A stretch of 64,000 bases of DNA from Mobula hypostoma (taxonomy: Eukaryota), in contig NC_086097.1 in the NCBI RefSeq assembly GCF_963921235.1, forward strand, positions 108,874,001 through 108,938,000, in the 5' to 3' direction. Below the pieces are notes generated by a model, which worked only from the letters and a program-made list of their open reading frames with translations, was not told where the DNA came from and did not search any database. This document shows positions 10,860 to 24,149 of this stretch, piece after piece. How positions within the stretch are numbered: position 1 is the first letter of the stretch; each line of letters opens with the position of its first letter. Both the position numbers and the translations under genes were made by a program.

Positions 10860-12465
10860 ACAGAGGGATAATCTGATTAGGGATAGTCAGCATGCCTTTG
10901 TCAAGGGCAGGTCATACCCTATGAATCTGATTGAATTCTCTGAGGATGTAGCAAAACACATTGTTGAAGGTAGAGCAGTGGATGTAGTTATATGGATTTC
11001 AGTAAGGCATTTGGTAAGGGTCTCCATGCAAGGCTCATTCAGAAAGTAATGAGGCATGGGATTCAAGAAGACCTTGCATTGTGGACCCAGAATTGGCTTG
11101 CCAACAGAGACAAAGGGTGGTTGTAGATGGTTTGTATTCTGCATGAAGGATGGTGACCAGTGGTGTTCTGTGGGGATCTGTTCTGGGACGCCTCCTCTTT
11201 GTGATTTTTATCAATGACCTGAGTGTGGAAGTAGATGGTGGGTTAGTAAGATTGCTGATGACACAAAGGTTGGGAGTGTTGTGGATAGTCTGGAGGATTG
11301 TCAGAGTTTACCCTGGGACATCGATAGGATGCAGAACTGGGCTGAGAAGTGGCAGATGGAGTTCAACACAGATGAGTGTGAAGTGGTTTATTTTGGTAGG
11401 TCAAATTTGAAGACAGTATATAATATTAATAGTAAGACTCTTGGCAGTGTGGAGGATCAGTGAGATCTTTAGGTCCATGTCCATAGGACACTCAAAGTTG
11501 TTGCGCAAGTTGGCAGTACTGTTAAGAAGCCTTATGGTGTGTTGGCCTTCATCAACCATCGGATTGAGTTCAAGAACTATGAGATAATGTTACAGCTATA
11601 TAAGGCATTGGACTAGCGACCTGCAGGTCGTGAGTTCGAGCCCCAGCCGAGGCAACGTGTTGGGTCCTTGAGCAAGGCACTTAATCACACATTGCTCTGC
11701 GACGACACCAGTGCCAAGCTGTATGGGTCCTAATGCCCTTCCCTTGGACAACATTGGTTTCATGGAGAGGGGAGACTTGCAGCATAGGCAACTGCTGGTC
11801 TTCCATACAACCTTGCCCAGGCCTGCGCTCTGGAGAGTGAAGACTTTCCAGGCGCAGATCCATGGTCTCGCAAGACTAACAAATGCTCTTTTTTTGATAA
11901 GACCTTAGTTAGACCCCACTTGAGTACTGAGTTCAGTTCTGGTCACCTCACTACAGAAAGAATGTGGATACTATAGAGAGAGTGCAGAGGAAATTTACAA
12001 GGCTGTTGCCTGGATTAGACAGCATGCCTTATGAGAATAGGTTAAGCGAACTTTGCCTTTTCTCCTTGGAGTGATGGAGGATGAGAGGTGACCTGATGGA
12101 GGTGTATAAGATGATGAGAGGCATTGATCATGTGAATAGCCAGAGGCTTTTTCCCAGGCTGAAATGGCTAACACGAGGGGCATAGTTTTAAGGTGCTTAG
12201 GAGTAGGTACAAGGGGGATGTCAGGGGTAAGATTTTTACACAGAGAGTGGTAGGTGCGTGGAATAGACTGCTGGTGATGGTAATGGATTCGGATACAATA
12301 GGGTCTTTTAAGAGACTCTTAGATAGATACATGGAGCTTAGAAAAATAGAGGCCTATGCGGTAGGGTAATTCTAGGCAGTTTCTAGAGTAGGTTACATGG
12401 TTGGCACAACATTGTGGGCCGAAGGGCCTGTAATGTGCTGTAGGTTTCTATGTTCTATGTTTTAT
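10860..12465 (+). mobile_element. Degenerate CR1 3' half
   Basis: SQHAFVKGRSY, GSVLGRLLFVIFINDL and DRMQNWAEKWQMEFN, with a ttctatg tail at about 12445-12465. Confidence 0.88.
11605..11896 (+). mobile_element. tRNA-derived SINE with CORE-like domain, inserted in the CR1
   Basis: B-box gttcgagcc and CORE-like ccttgagcaaggcacttaa. The host CR1 resumes exactly, and ataag is duplicated (11600-11604, 11897-11901). Confidence 0.7.
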
Positions 12466-12950
12466 GTAAATTATGACCTGCGTTTACAGTGCTGTAAAAA
12501 TGGATGGGATTGATTCTGCCCCATTTATTACTTGAAGCATAATTCATTCTATCCAGTATACACCAATTTGGTGACAACTGCAAGCTTATTAACAGTACCA
12601 CCTCCATTCTTATCCAAATCATTTATTGATGACAAACAATGAGGAACTCAGTATCACCTTTGTGATGCAATACAAAGACAATACAATGCAATACACAGGC
12701 CTCCATTCGGAGAGTAACTCCCCAGTAATCCCTTACTTCTTAATACCAAGTCAATTTGGTATACAATTGACTATCTCACCCAGAAAATATGTATTCTAAC
12801 CTCACAGACAACCCAGCAATTGGGGACATTGTCAGAGTCTACACTCCTGTCCTTAAGTCTCTTGACAAAATTCATGAGGCGTGATGTGCAATACTCAAAA
12901 CTATGCTGACTAACCCAAACCAGTCCTCTTCTTTCCAAATGCAAATAAAT

Positions 12951-15900
12951 CATAGAAACATAGAAAATAGGTGCAGGAGTAGGTTTGAGCCTGCACTGCC
13001 ATTCAGTATGATCATGACTGATCATCCAATTCAGAAGCCTGCACCAGCCTTCCCTCCATACCCCCTGATCCCTTTAGCCACAAGGGCCATATCTAACTCC
13101 CTCTTAAGTATAGCCAATGAACTGGCCTCAACTGTTTCCTGTGGCAGAGAATTCCACAGATTCACCACTCTCTGTGTGAAGAAGTTTTTCCTAATCTCGG
13201 TCCTAAAAGGCTTCCCCTTTATCCTCAAACTGTGACCCCTTGTTCTGGACTTCCCCAACATCGGGAACAATCTTCCTGCATCTAGCCTGTCCAATCCCTT
13301 TAGGATTTTATACGTTTCAACAAGATCCCCCCTCAATCTTCTGAATTTCAGCGAGTATAAGCCTAGTCGATCCAGTCTTTCTTCATACGAATGTCCTGCC
13401 ATCCCAGGAATCAATCTGGTGAACCTTCTTTGTACTCCCTCTATGGCAAGAATGTCTTTCCTCAGATTAGGGGACAAAAACTGGACACAATACTCCGGGT
13501 GTGGTCTCCCCAAGGCCTTGTACAACTGCAGTAGTACCTCCCTGCTACTGTACTCGAATCCTCTTGCTACGAATGCCAGCATACCATTCGCCTTTTTCAC
13601 CGCCTGCTGTACCTGCATGCCCACTTTCAATGACTGGTGTACAATGACACCCAGGTATCGTTGCACCTCCCCTTTTCCTACTCAGCCCCCATTCAGATAA
13701 TAATCTGTTTTCCTGTTCTTGCCACCAAAGTGGATAACCTCACATTTATTCAAATTAAATTGCATCTACCATGAATTTGCCCACTCACCTAACCTATCCA
13801 AGTCACCCTGCATCCTCTTAGCATCCTCCTCACAGCTAACAAAGCCGCCCAGCTTCATAGCATCCCCCAAACTTGGAGGTGCTGCATTTAATTTCCTCAT
13901 CTAAGTCATTAATATATATTATAAACAACTGGGGTCCCAGCACTGAGCCTTGCAGTACCCCACTAGTCACTGCCTGCCATTCTGAAAAGGTTCCGTTTAA
14001 TCCCACTCTTTGCTTCCTGTCTGCCAATCAATTCTCTATCCACATCAATACCATACCCCCAATACCGTGTGCTTTAAGTTTGCACACTAATCTCCTGTGT
14101 GGGACTTTGTCAAAAGCCTTTTGAAAATCCAAATATACCACATCCACTGGTTCTCCTCTATCCACTCTACTAGTTATATCCTCAAAAAATTCTATAAGAT
14201 TCGTCAGACATGATTTTCCTTTCACAAATCCATGCTGACTTTGTCCGATGATTTCACAGCTTTCCAAATGTGCTGTTATCACATCTTCGATAACTGACTC
14301 TAGCATTTTCCCCACCACCGATGTTAGGCTAACAGGTCTATAATTCCCCTGTTTCTCTCTCCCTCCTTTTTTAAAAAGCGGGGTTACATTAGCCACCCTC
14401 CAATCCTCAGGAGCTAATCCAGAATCTAAAGAGTTTTGAAAAATTATCACTAAAGCATCCACTATTTCTTGGGCTACTTCCTTAAGCACTCTGGGATGCA
14501 GACCATCTGGCCCTGGGGATTTATCTGCCTTTAATCCCTTCAATCTACCTAACACCACTTCCCTACTAAAATGGGCTAAAAAATGGCAGATGGAGTTTAA
14601 TACTGACAAGTGTGAGGTATTGCACGTTGGAAGGACAAACCAACATAGAACATACAGGGTTAATGGTAAGGCACTGAGGAGTGCAGTGGAACAGAGGGAT
14701 CTGGGAATACAGATACAAAATTCCCTAAAAGTGGCGTCACAGGTAGATAGGGTCATAAAGAGAGCTTTTGGTACATTGGCCTTTATTAATCAAAGTATTG
14801 AGTATAAGAGCTGGTATGTTATGATGAGGTTGTATAAGGCATTGGTGAGGCCGAATCTGGAGTATTGTGTTCAGTTTTGGTCACCAAATTACAGGAAGGA
14901 TATTAATAAGATTGAAAGAGTGCAGAGAAGGTTTACAAGGATGTTGCCGGGACTTGAGAAACTCAGTTACAGAGAAAGGTTGAATAGGTTGGGACCTTAT
15001 TCCCTGGAGCGTAGAAGAATGAGGGGAGATTTGATAGAGGTATATAAAATTATGATGGGTATAGATAGAGTGAATGCAAGCAGGCTTTTTCCACTGAGGC
15101 AAGGAGAGAAAAAAACCAGAGGACATGGGTTTAGGGTGAGGGGGGAAAAGTTTAAAGGGAACATTAGGGGGGGCTTCTTCACACAGGAGTGGTGGGAGTA
15201 TGGAATGAGCTGCCAGACAAGGTGGTAAATGCGGGTTCTTTTTTAACATTTAAGAATAAATTGGACAGATACATGGATAGGAGGTGTATGGAGGGATATG
15301 GTCCGTGTGCAGGTCAGTGGGACTAGGCAGAAAATGGTTCGGCACAGCCAAGAAGGGCCAAAGGGCCTGTTTCTGTGCTGTAGTTTCTATGGTTTCTATG
15401 GTTTCTATGTATTTCTCTCAGTTCCTCCATCTCACTAGACCCTCGGTCCCCTACTATTTCCGGAAGATTATTTATGTCCTCCTTAATGAAGACAGAACCA
15501 AAGTAGATGTTGAATTGGTCTGCCACATCCTTATTCCCCATGATGGATTCACCTGTTTCTGACCGTAAGGGACCGACATTGGTCTTAACCAATCTTTTTC
15601 TTTTCAGATATCTATAAAAGCTTTTACAGTCAGTTTTTATGTTCCCTGCCAGCTTTCTCTCATAATCTTTTTTCCCTTTCCTAATTAAGCCCTTTGTCCC
15701 TCTGCTGGACGCTGAATTTCTCCCAGTCCTCAGGTGTGCCGCTTTTTCTGGCTAATTTGTATGTTTCTTCTTTGGAATTGATACTATCCCTAATTTCCCT
15801 TGTCAGCCATGGGTAGACTACCTTCCCTGGTTTATTATTTTGCCAAACTGGGATGAACAATTGTTGTAGTTTATCCATGCGATCTTTAAATGCTTGCCAT

Positions 15901-16565
15901 TGCATATCCACCGTCAACCCTTTAAGTATCATTTGCCAGTCTATCTGAGCTAATTCACGTCTCATACCTTCAAAGTTACCCTTCTTTAAGTTCAGAACCT
16001 TTGTTACTGAATTAACTATGTCACCCTCCACCTTAATGAAGAATTCCACCATATTATGGTCACTTTTACCCAAGGGGCCTCGCATGACAAGATTGCTAAC
16101 TAATCCTTCCTCATTGCTCAATACCCAGTCTAGAATAGCCTGCTCTCTAGTTGGTTCCTCGACATGTTGGTTCAAAAAACTATCCCGCATACATTCCAAG
16201 ATATCCTCTTCCTCAGCACCCTTACCAATTTGGTTCACCCAATCTATAAGTAGATTGAAGCCACCCATTATAACTGCTGTTCTTTTGTTGAACGCATTTC
16301 TGATTTCCTGTTTAATGCCATCCCCAACCTCACTACTACCGTTAGGTGGTCTGTACACAACTCCCACCAGCGTTTTCTGCCCCTTAGTGTTATGCAGCTC
16401 TACCCATATCGATTCCACATCCTCCTGGCTAATGCCCTTCCTTTCTATTGTGTTAATCTCCTTCCTAACCAGCAACACTACCCCACCTCCTTTTTTTCAT
16501 GTCTATCCCTCCTGAATATTGAATATCCCTGAATGTTGAGCTCCCATCCTTGGTCACCCTGGAGC
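12951..16565 (-). mobile_element. CR1 family A copy, 5'-truncated and frameshifted, inserted in an older CR1
   Basis: ORF pieces 13031-13666, 14028-14567, 15410-15592 and 15681-16478 are collinear with 1059-3810. Older CR1 sequence flanks both ends. Confidence 0.93.
14570..15408 (+). mobile_element. CR1 family B 3' fragment nested antisense in the family A copy
   Basis: ORF 14590-15228 and a (gtttctatg)3 tail. The host sequence ccctactaa|atgtatttc rejoins across it. Confidence 0.93.
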
Positions 16566-16859
16566 CTCTCAGAATCCCTTCCAACAACTTTCCCAGCAAT
16601 GTTAATCTCACTGCCCTGTGGTTTCTTGACTTGTCCTTGCAGCCTTTCACAACAATCAAAGGACTATCAAAGGATAGATACAGATCAGTTATAGATATGG
16701 GTGGAGAATTAGATGGAGTTTATCTACCACCACATCCTGCCTTCTGTGGGCAAGCCAATTCAGAATCTATGCAGCTAAGCCTCTAAGGATCCCATGCTTA
16801 ATGACTTTCTGGACAAGCCTACCATGAAGAACATTGTCAAATGTCTTACTAAAATCCTG

Positions 16860-17400
16860 CCTTCCCTTCTGAGCCACAGAGCCAGGCTCAGTGCTACGGA
16901 CCAGAGGTCATCCTCCCAGCAGTATCCAAAGCAGTATACTTGTTATTGAGGAGAATAGATACAAGGGTACCTTACACTAAGTGCTTATTCCTTCTTCAGG
17001 CAGTCACCTGGCTACCTGCACCTTGAAAACTGCACAGGCGTGACTGCCTTCCTGTAAGTCCTCTCTATTGACGGCTCAGCCTTCCGAATGATCTTGAGTT
17101 AATCCAGTTCCCTAATGAGGACTGTAAGGAGCGGTAGCTGGATGCAGTTCTTGCAGATGTAGTTATCAGGGAGACTGGCTGTCTCCTTGATTTCCCACAA
17201 ACTGCAAGAGGAGAACACCAATGCCTTTACTGTCATTGCCACTGCTCTAACTGTGCAACAACAAAGAAAGAGATCTTACTAGAACATCACCCTAACTTCT
17301 GCTCACTCACTCCTACTCTTTATGCCAAAGCCTCAAGGTCCCACTCTTACACTGGGCCACTCATACAGTGGCCCCTCCACCTGAGCTGACCTTTTTATTG
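16860..17400 (-). mobile_element. Old CR1 ORF1/5' region remnant
   Basis: The minus strand gives PDNYICKNCIQL.., similar to the CR1 ORF1 zinc finger/leucine zipper. Heavily decayed. Confidence 0.55.
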
Positions 17401-17885
17401 TCCAGTTACCTAATCAATGAGACTTACTCTTTTAAATCCTTCCCACTCTCTCTCACATTCCTGTAAAGCGAATAGCCTCAAAGGAGGTAGGCAAATTTAG
17501 TTTTCTTTTGGAATTAATTAAAATAGATTTAATTGTAGTTTGGTGTATAGTGTAACACATTTTAATCTTAATGTTTTAAGAAATAAATATTAATAGCTTG
17601 TAGCGGTGTGCTACACACAGCGCTAGAATAACCACACGGAGTCGGTGAGTTAGAGTTGCGATGAAAGAGATTTATTCAAACTTCGCGGCCTGCTTTAAAG
17701 CCTTCCCGTTCCCGCCCTCCCTGGGCGGGATTGCTGTGGGGAATGCATATTCCCAGACCCTTTCTGCACGCGGGATTTTCCCCCGCTGGTGAAGATGGCC
17801 TGGCGCCCTTTTTGGGGGCGGCCTTCTGCCTGCGCGCGCTGTTGTGAGCCGGTTCGTGTGTGCCAGAAAGTGGGTCGCCACATAA

Positions 17886-20800
17886 CCTCCCCCCCCAGAA
17901 CCGGCGATACCTCCCCCAATGTCCACAGTCTGGATCAGCCTCTGTTTGGGAGGTCTGCCCCTGCGCCGCGGTGCCTGAGCCTGGACCGGTTGCGCCAAGT
18001 CCCCATGGGCCAGTTTGAGTCGGTCCACCGTGAAAACCTCCTCTCTCCCCCCAATGTCCAGCACGAACGTGGACTCGTTGTTCCTGATCACCTTAAAACG
18101 GTCCCTCATAGGGCCGCTGTAGCGGTGCCCGGTGTCCGCCCCGTCGTACAAAAAGAAACTTACAGTTCTGCAGGTCTTTGGGTACGCAGGTCGGGCTCTG
18201 TCCGTGCTGTGAAGTGGGTATGGGGGCCAGGTTACCAAGCCTCTCCCGTAGTCTGTCCAGGACTGCTGTGGGTTCTTCCTCTTGCCCCCTTGGGGCTGGT
18301 ATGAACTCTCCTGGGATGACCAGGGGCGCGCCGTACACCAACTCGGCCGACGAGGTGTGCAGATCCTCCTTGGGCGCCGTGCGGATTCCGAGCAGGACCC
18401 AGGGAAGCTCATCCACCCAGTTAGGCCCCTCCAGGCCGGCCATGAGAGCCGATTTCTGGTGACGGTGGAAGCGCTCCACTAGTCTGTTCGACTGTGGGTG
18501 GTAGACAGTTGTGTGGTGTAGCTGTGATCCTAAAAGGCTGGCCATAGCCAACCACAGGCTGGAGGTGAACTGGGCGCCCCTGTCGGAGGTAATGTGGGCC
18601 GGTACCCCGAAGCGGGCTACCCAGGTTGCGATCAGTGCTCGGGCACAGGATTCGGAGGTGGTGTCGGTGAGCGGGACTGCCTCTGGCCATCTGGTGAACC
18701 GGTCTATCATAGTTAGGAGGTACTGCGCTCCTCGCGACACTGGCAGGGGCCCCACGATATCCACATGAGTGTGGTCGAACCTCCGGCGGGTGGGTTCGAA
18801 CTGCTGCGGCGGAGCCTTGGTGTGCCGCTGCACCTTGGCCGTTTGGCACTGCATGCACTTTTTGACCCATTCACTGACCTGTTTTGACCTGTTTACGCAG
18901 CCCACGCCACACGAACCTGTTGGCGATCAGCCGGACGGTTGTCCTGATGGAGGGGTGCGCTAAGTTGTGAATGGACTCGAAAACCCGTCGGCGCCAGGCT
19001 GCTGGGATGACGGGGCGGGGTTGGCCGGTAGCTACGTCACATAGTAGGCTCCTCTCACCTGGGCCTACGGGGAGGTCTTGAAGCTGTAAACCGGAGAATG
19101 CAGTCCTGTAACTAGGGATCTCAGCGTCTGCCTGCTGTGCCTCTGCCAGCGCTGCATAGTCCACCCCCTGGGACAGGGCCTGTATGGTAGGTCTGGATAG
19201 TGCGTCCGCCACGACGTTGTTCTTTCCAGAGACATGCCGGATGTCCATCGTGTACTCGGAGATGTAGGACAGATGTCGCTGCTGGCGGGACGACCAGGGG
19301 TCGGACACCTTAGTGAATGCAAAGGTCAGTGGTTTGTGGTTGTGAACGCGGTGAAGGGCCTACCTTCTAAGAAGTACCTGAAATGCCGGATTGCCAGGTA
19401 TAATGCCAATAGCTCCCGGTCGAAAGCACTGTATTTGAGTTCGGGTGGTCGTAGGTGTTTGCTGAAGAACGCCAGGGGTTGCCAGCGACCCTCGATGAGT
19501 TGTTCCAGCACTCCACCACCGCTGTGTTGGATGCGTCCACCGTGAGGGCAATAGGAACGTCCGTTCTGGGGTGCACTAGCATCGCGGCGTTTGCTAAGGC
19601 TTCTTTGGTTTTAACGAAAGCGGTTGCGGCCTCTTCGTCCCAGGTAATGTCCTTGACCTTACCCGACATCAGGGTGAACAGGGGGCGCATGGTTCGGGCT
19701 GCTGAGGGGAGGAAACGTGGTAAAAATTCACCATACCCACGAATTCCTGCAAGCCTTTGATTGTGTTGGATCGGGGGAAGTGGCGGACCGCGTCTACCTT
19801 GGTGGGCAGTGGGGTTGCCCCGTCTTTAGTAATCCTGTGGCCCAGGAAGTCGATGGTGTCGAGTCCAAACTGGCATTTGGCTGGATTGATTGTAAGGCCG
19901 AATTCGCTCAGGCGGGAGTAGAGCTGGTGGAGGTGGGACAGATGCTCCTGCCGACTACTACTGGCTATGAGGATGTCGTCCAAGTAGATGAATGCAAAGT
20001 CCAGGTCGCGTCCCACCGCGTCCATTAGCCCCTGGAAAGTCTGTGCGGCATTCTTTAGACCAAACGGCATTCGGAGGAATTCGAAAAGTCCGAACGGGGT
20101 GATAAGTGCTGTTTTGGGGATGTCGTCCGGATATACAGGGATTTGATGGTATCCCCGGATCCCTTGGAAAAGATCCTTGCGCCGTGTAGGTTTGCTGCGA
20201 AGTCTTGAATGTGCGGCACAGGGTAGCGGTCTGGCGTTGTAGCCTCGTTCAGTCTGCGGTAGTCACCGCATGGTCTCCAGCCCCCCGTTGCCTTGGGCAC
20301 CATGTGAAGTGGGGAGGCCCATGGGCTGTCGGACCGTCGTATGATCCCTAATTCCTCCATCTTCTTGAACTCCTCCTTCGCCAGTCGGAGCTTGTCCGGG
20401 GGAAGCCTTCGAGCACGGGCGTGGAGGGGTGGTCCCTGGGTCGTGATGTGGTGCTGTACTCCGTGTCTGGGCATGGCTGCCGTGAACTGCGGTGTCAGTA
20501 CTGATGGGAAATCCGCCAGGACCCTGGTGAATTCATCGTCAGACAGCGTGATGGAGTCCAGGTGTGGGGCTGGCAACTGTGCTTCACCCAGGGAGAACGT
20601 TTGAAAAGTCTTGGCATGGACTAATCGCTTACCTTGCAGGTCGACCAGCAGGCTGTGGGCTCGTAGAAAATCTGCCCCCAGCAGTGGTTGGGCCACGGCG
20701 GCCAGTGTGAAGTCCCACGTGAACCGGCTGGAGCTGAACTGTAACCGCACCGTGCGGGTGCCGTAGGTTCATATTGTGCTGCCATTTGCGGCCCTCAGGG

Positions 20801-20972
20801 TGGGTCCCGGTTCTCTGTTGCAGGTGTCGTAACTCGTTGGAGGTAAGACGCTGATCTCCGCTCCGGTGTCGACCAAAAAGCGGCGTCCCGACTGCTTGTC
20901 CCAGACGTACAGGAGGCTGTCCTGATGGCCAGCTGCCGTAGTCATCAGCGGCGGCTGGCCCTGGCGTTTCCC
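17886..20972 (-). pseudogene. pol: Gypsy pol (PR-RT-RNase H-integrase) in multiple frameshifted pieces
   Basis: [77 protein letters not shown]. Confidence 0.93.
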
Positions 20973-21648
20973 GGGAATTTGCAGGGTGGTCTGCAGCGGC
21001 GGGCCTCTGTGCCCCACCGCTGGTGGTAGAAACACCATTGTTCATTGGGCTCCTCACTCCCGTCGCCGGGTTTTGTAGGTTCTGCTGCCGGGCCTGGTCT
21101 GGTCTGTTGTTGGGCACGCAGCTTGGTGATCTGTGCGACGGATGCCCCCTTTCTTTCCTGGCATTCCACAGCACATCTGCTCGGGCCGCCACCTCCCGGA
21201 GGTTGCTGAAATCTGCGTCGGACAGCAGAAGGCATACGTCCTCGGGCAGTTGCTCTAGGAACGCCTGCTCAAACATGAGGCAGGGTTTGTGTCCTTCAGC
21301 CAGGGCCAGCATCTCGTTCATTAATGCTGACGGCGGCCTGTCTCCCAAACCATCCAGGTGCATTAAGCGGCGTGCTCGTTCGCGCCGTGAGAGTCCGAAA
21401 GTCCTTATGAACAGGGCTTTGAATGCTGTGTATTTGCCGTCCTCCGGGGGCGACTGTATAAACTCCTCTACTTGTGCAGCAGTCTCCTGGTCGAGTGAGC
21501 TCAGCACGTAGTAGTAGTGAGTGGACTCCGCGGTTATCTGCCGAATGTGGAATTGTGCTTCTGCTTGTTCGAACCATAAATGGGGTCGCAGCGTCCAGAA
21601 GCTTGGCAGTTTTAACGAAACTGCGTGAACAGATGCAGCGTCGGTCAT
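20945..21648 (-). pseudogene. gag: Gypsy gag with CHCC nucleocapsid motif (one frameshift)
   Basis: KLPSFWTLRPHLWFEQAEAQF.. followed, in another frame, by WCFYHQRWGTEARRCRPPC. Confidence 0.9.
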
Positions 21649-22719
21649 CTCTGGTCCAAATATCGTTTGGGCCGTCGGGGTCACCAATTGTAGTGGTGTG
21701 CTACACACAGCGCTAGAATAACCACACGGAGTCGGTGAGTTAGAGTTGCGATGAAAGAGATTTATTCAAACTTCGCGGCCTACTTTAAAGCCTTCCCGTT
21801 CCCACCCTCCCTGGGCGGGATTGCTGTGGGGAATGCATATTCCCAGACCCTTTCTGCGCGCGGGATTTTCCCCCTGCTGGTGAAGATGGCCTTCCGCCCT
21901 TTTTGGGGCCGGCCCTCTGCCTGCGTGCGTTGTTGTGAGCTGGTTTGTGTGTGCCAGAAAGTGGGTCGCCACAAGCTTAAACAAATGGCATGGCATTCTC
22001 TCTGGGCAAGGGCTTACATTTGCAGTGTGGAGGCCCTGTGTATCACGTGACCGTGCTCATCTCAACCAAGTTACCTCCTTGAGTTGGGCTATGGCAAATG
22101 TAGGCAGTTTCCCACTCTACAAATGACTGGGCTACTCTATAATAAGTCATCTGGGGCCACATGCATTACATTTCTTACACAAGAGGGCAGCAAAATTCCA
22201 TGAACGCTGAAAATATTCCAGATTTTGCTGGGTTTTACCAACAGTTCCTGAAATCTCCAACATTCACAGTAGGAATTGCAATATATTTTATTATTGATGT
22301 CTTTTTAATGTTTTAAGATGTTTTTTAATTTTAAAAATTGATTTTGAATACTTAGACGTTTCTCCAGCCATCTTGAAGGCAGTGTCTGAGCAGGTACTTC
22401 ACCTGGCCTGACTGCATCGCATGAGGATCTGTTGCTGCTGTTTCTGTGGAATTAATACGTTCTTCCTATGACCATCTGGGTTTCCTGTGATTGCTCCAGT
22501 ACCCTACCACTTCTCAAAGACTCAGGCTTATAATTGATGATAGCATACAATCCCCTTCCAAATAGCTTGACTAACTACATGCTCTCTTCCTGTGATTGCA
22601 CAAAGATTTCCAAATTCCTCTGATTAACATTAATTACAACTAATGATCTTTAATTTTCTAAAACAAATATTCGGCTTTTCAATTTGTTTTTGTAATTCTA
22701 CTAAGTGGACTAATTCACC

Positions 22720-23165
22720 TGTTTGGATGAGTGCAGCCTTAACAACACTCAGGAAACTTGCCACAACATCGGACTCAATAGCCCACTGAACATTTGCAGC
22801 TATTCTTTCACTTTGACCACCAGTGTAGAGCAGTAGCAGTTTGTACCTTCTACAGGATGCACTGCAGCAACTCATAAAGACTCCTTAGACTCGCAACAGC
22901 CATAAAGACCAACGCAGCACAAACATGGGAACACAGTGGTCTGGAAGTTGCCCTCAAAGGCACACACCATGTTGACTTGGAGGTATAACGCTATTGCATC
23001 ACCATCACCGGGTTAGGTTCCTGGAACTAGCTGTCTAACAGCATTCTGATCAAGCACTCTGCAGCAGTTCAAGAAGACAGCTCACTACCACTTTCTCAAG
23101 GGCATCTTCTGATGGGCATTAAATACTGGTTCAGCCTATGAAGACTACATTCCTTGAATGAATTA
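22720..23165 (+). mobile_element. Old LINE 3' end (CR1/L2-group)
   Basis: Decayed LINE C-terminal-like sequence (..tcctggaac.., cagcagttcaagaag..cactaccactttctcaagggc) ending in tgaatgaat. Pattern recognition only. Confidence 0.45.
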
Positions 23166-23383
23166 CAAACTTCTTTTAATTAGCAATTCTACTTTCCTCC
23201 ACAGACTCTTATGCAGTTACTTGCACAATAATTCACTTGTAATTTTCTTTGCAAATCAGGAAGCATAGTTTTCTGCCCAAGCTGGCAAATTGACTACTGC
23301 ACAGCCATATGGATCAAACATGCAATAATCAGAATCAGAATCAGAATCACTTCATTACCCAGATGTGAAACATACTAGAATTG

Positions 23384-23574
23384 TTTTGTCACAAAGGTGA
23401 GAAAATTTGCAGATTCTGAAAATCCGAGCAACATACACAAAATGCTACAGGTTAGGCAACATCTGTGGAAACGAGTGAACAGTCGATGTTTTGGGCTGAG
23501 ACCCTTCATCAATTTTTACTTTTTTCCATAGATGCTGCCTGACCTGCTGAGTTCCTCCAGCATTTTGTATGTTG
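23384..23574. mobile_element. Penelope-derived inverted insertion
   Basis: A minus-strand pLTR piece with a decayed hammerhead, followed by a plus-strand piece. ctagaattg is repeated at 23375-23383 and 23575-23583. Confidence 0.65.
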
Positions 23575-24149
23575 CTAGAATTGATTGTGGTTCAGTGCCA
23601 AGCAGAAACCACAGGACAATACAACAGCAGGCAACACAACAGCAACCAGCAATTTTTAAGACGATAGTGCAAACAGCCATGAGCCATGTAGGATTAGCAG
23701 AGTGTTCACGTGCGCAAACATCAATCGTCAAACTTAAATGTGAATGCATGAACAGAATAAATAACTAACAGCAGAACAGAAGAGCAGGAAAGATGATTTA
23801 ACAAATGTTGTGCTGGGACAGTAGGGTATTATTACACCTGAGTGAGTTTTGTTGAGAAGCTGGATAGCTACAGGAAAGAAACTTCGGAGATGACATGTAG
23901 TCCTGGTGGTGTTGGACTTGTGGCATCTCAATTTGGTGAATAGGTGACTGCTAGGTTGGGTAGAGTCAGCAGTAATATTTTCAGCTCTTTTCATTGCTCG
24001 GGTGATGAGCAGGTCTTTTCATGTCATTAGCTGATAGCCAATGATCTCTGCTGAGTGGGCCACTCACCACAACCTGGACTTGGAGAGTGAGGAGGCAGTG
24101 GGAAATCAAACGACAATAGAAGTAGTCACAACACTCTCAATGATGGCTG

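Larger units (their letters stand above)
17599..21973 (-). mobile_element. Full-length Ty3/Gypsy LTR retrotransposon, CsRn1-clade-like, inactivated by frameshifts
   Basis: LTRs 17599-17882 and 21689-21973 (TG..CA, about 13 differences by eye). 4-bp TSD agct (17595-17598, 21974-21977). PBS tggtgaccccgacg complementary to tRNA-Trp (21673-21686). PPT at about 17886-17896. Confidence 0.96.

Noticed and set aside
11605..11650. tRNA genes (also about 28290-28360)
   Set aside because: Only A/B-box remnants as SINE heads. No complete cloverleaf.
14028..14756. Apparent novel N-terminus fused to CR1 RT
   Set aside because: Chance read-through from the antisense strand of the nested CR1-B insertion into the host CR1-A frame.
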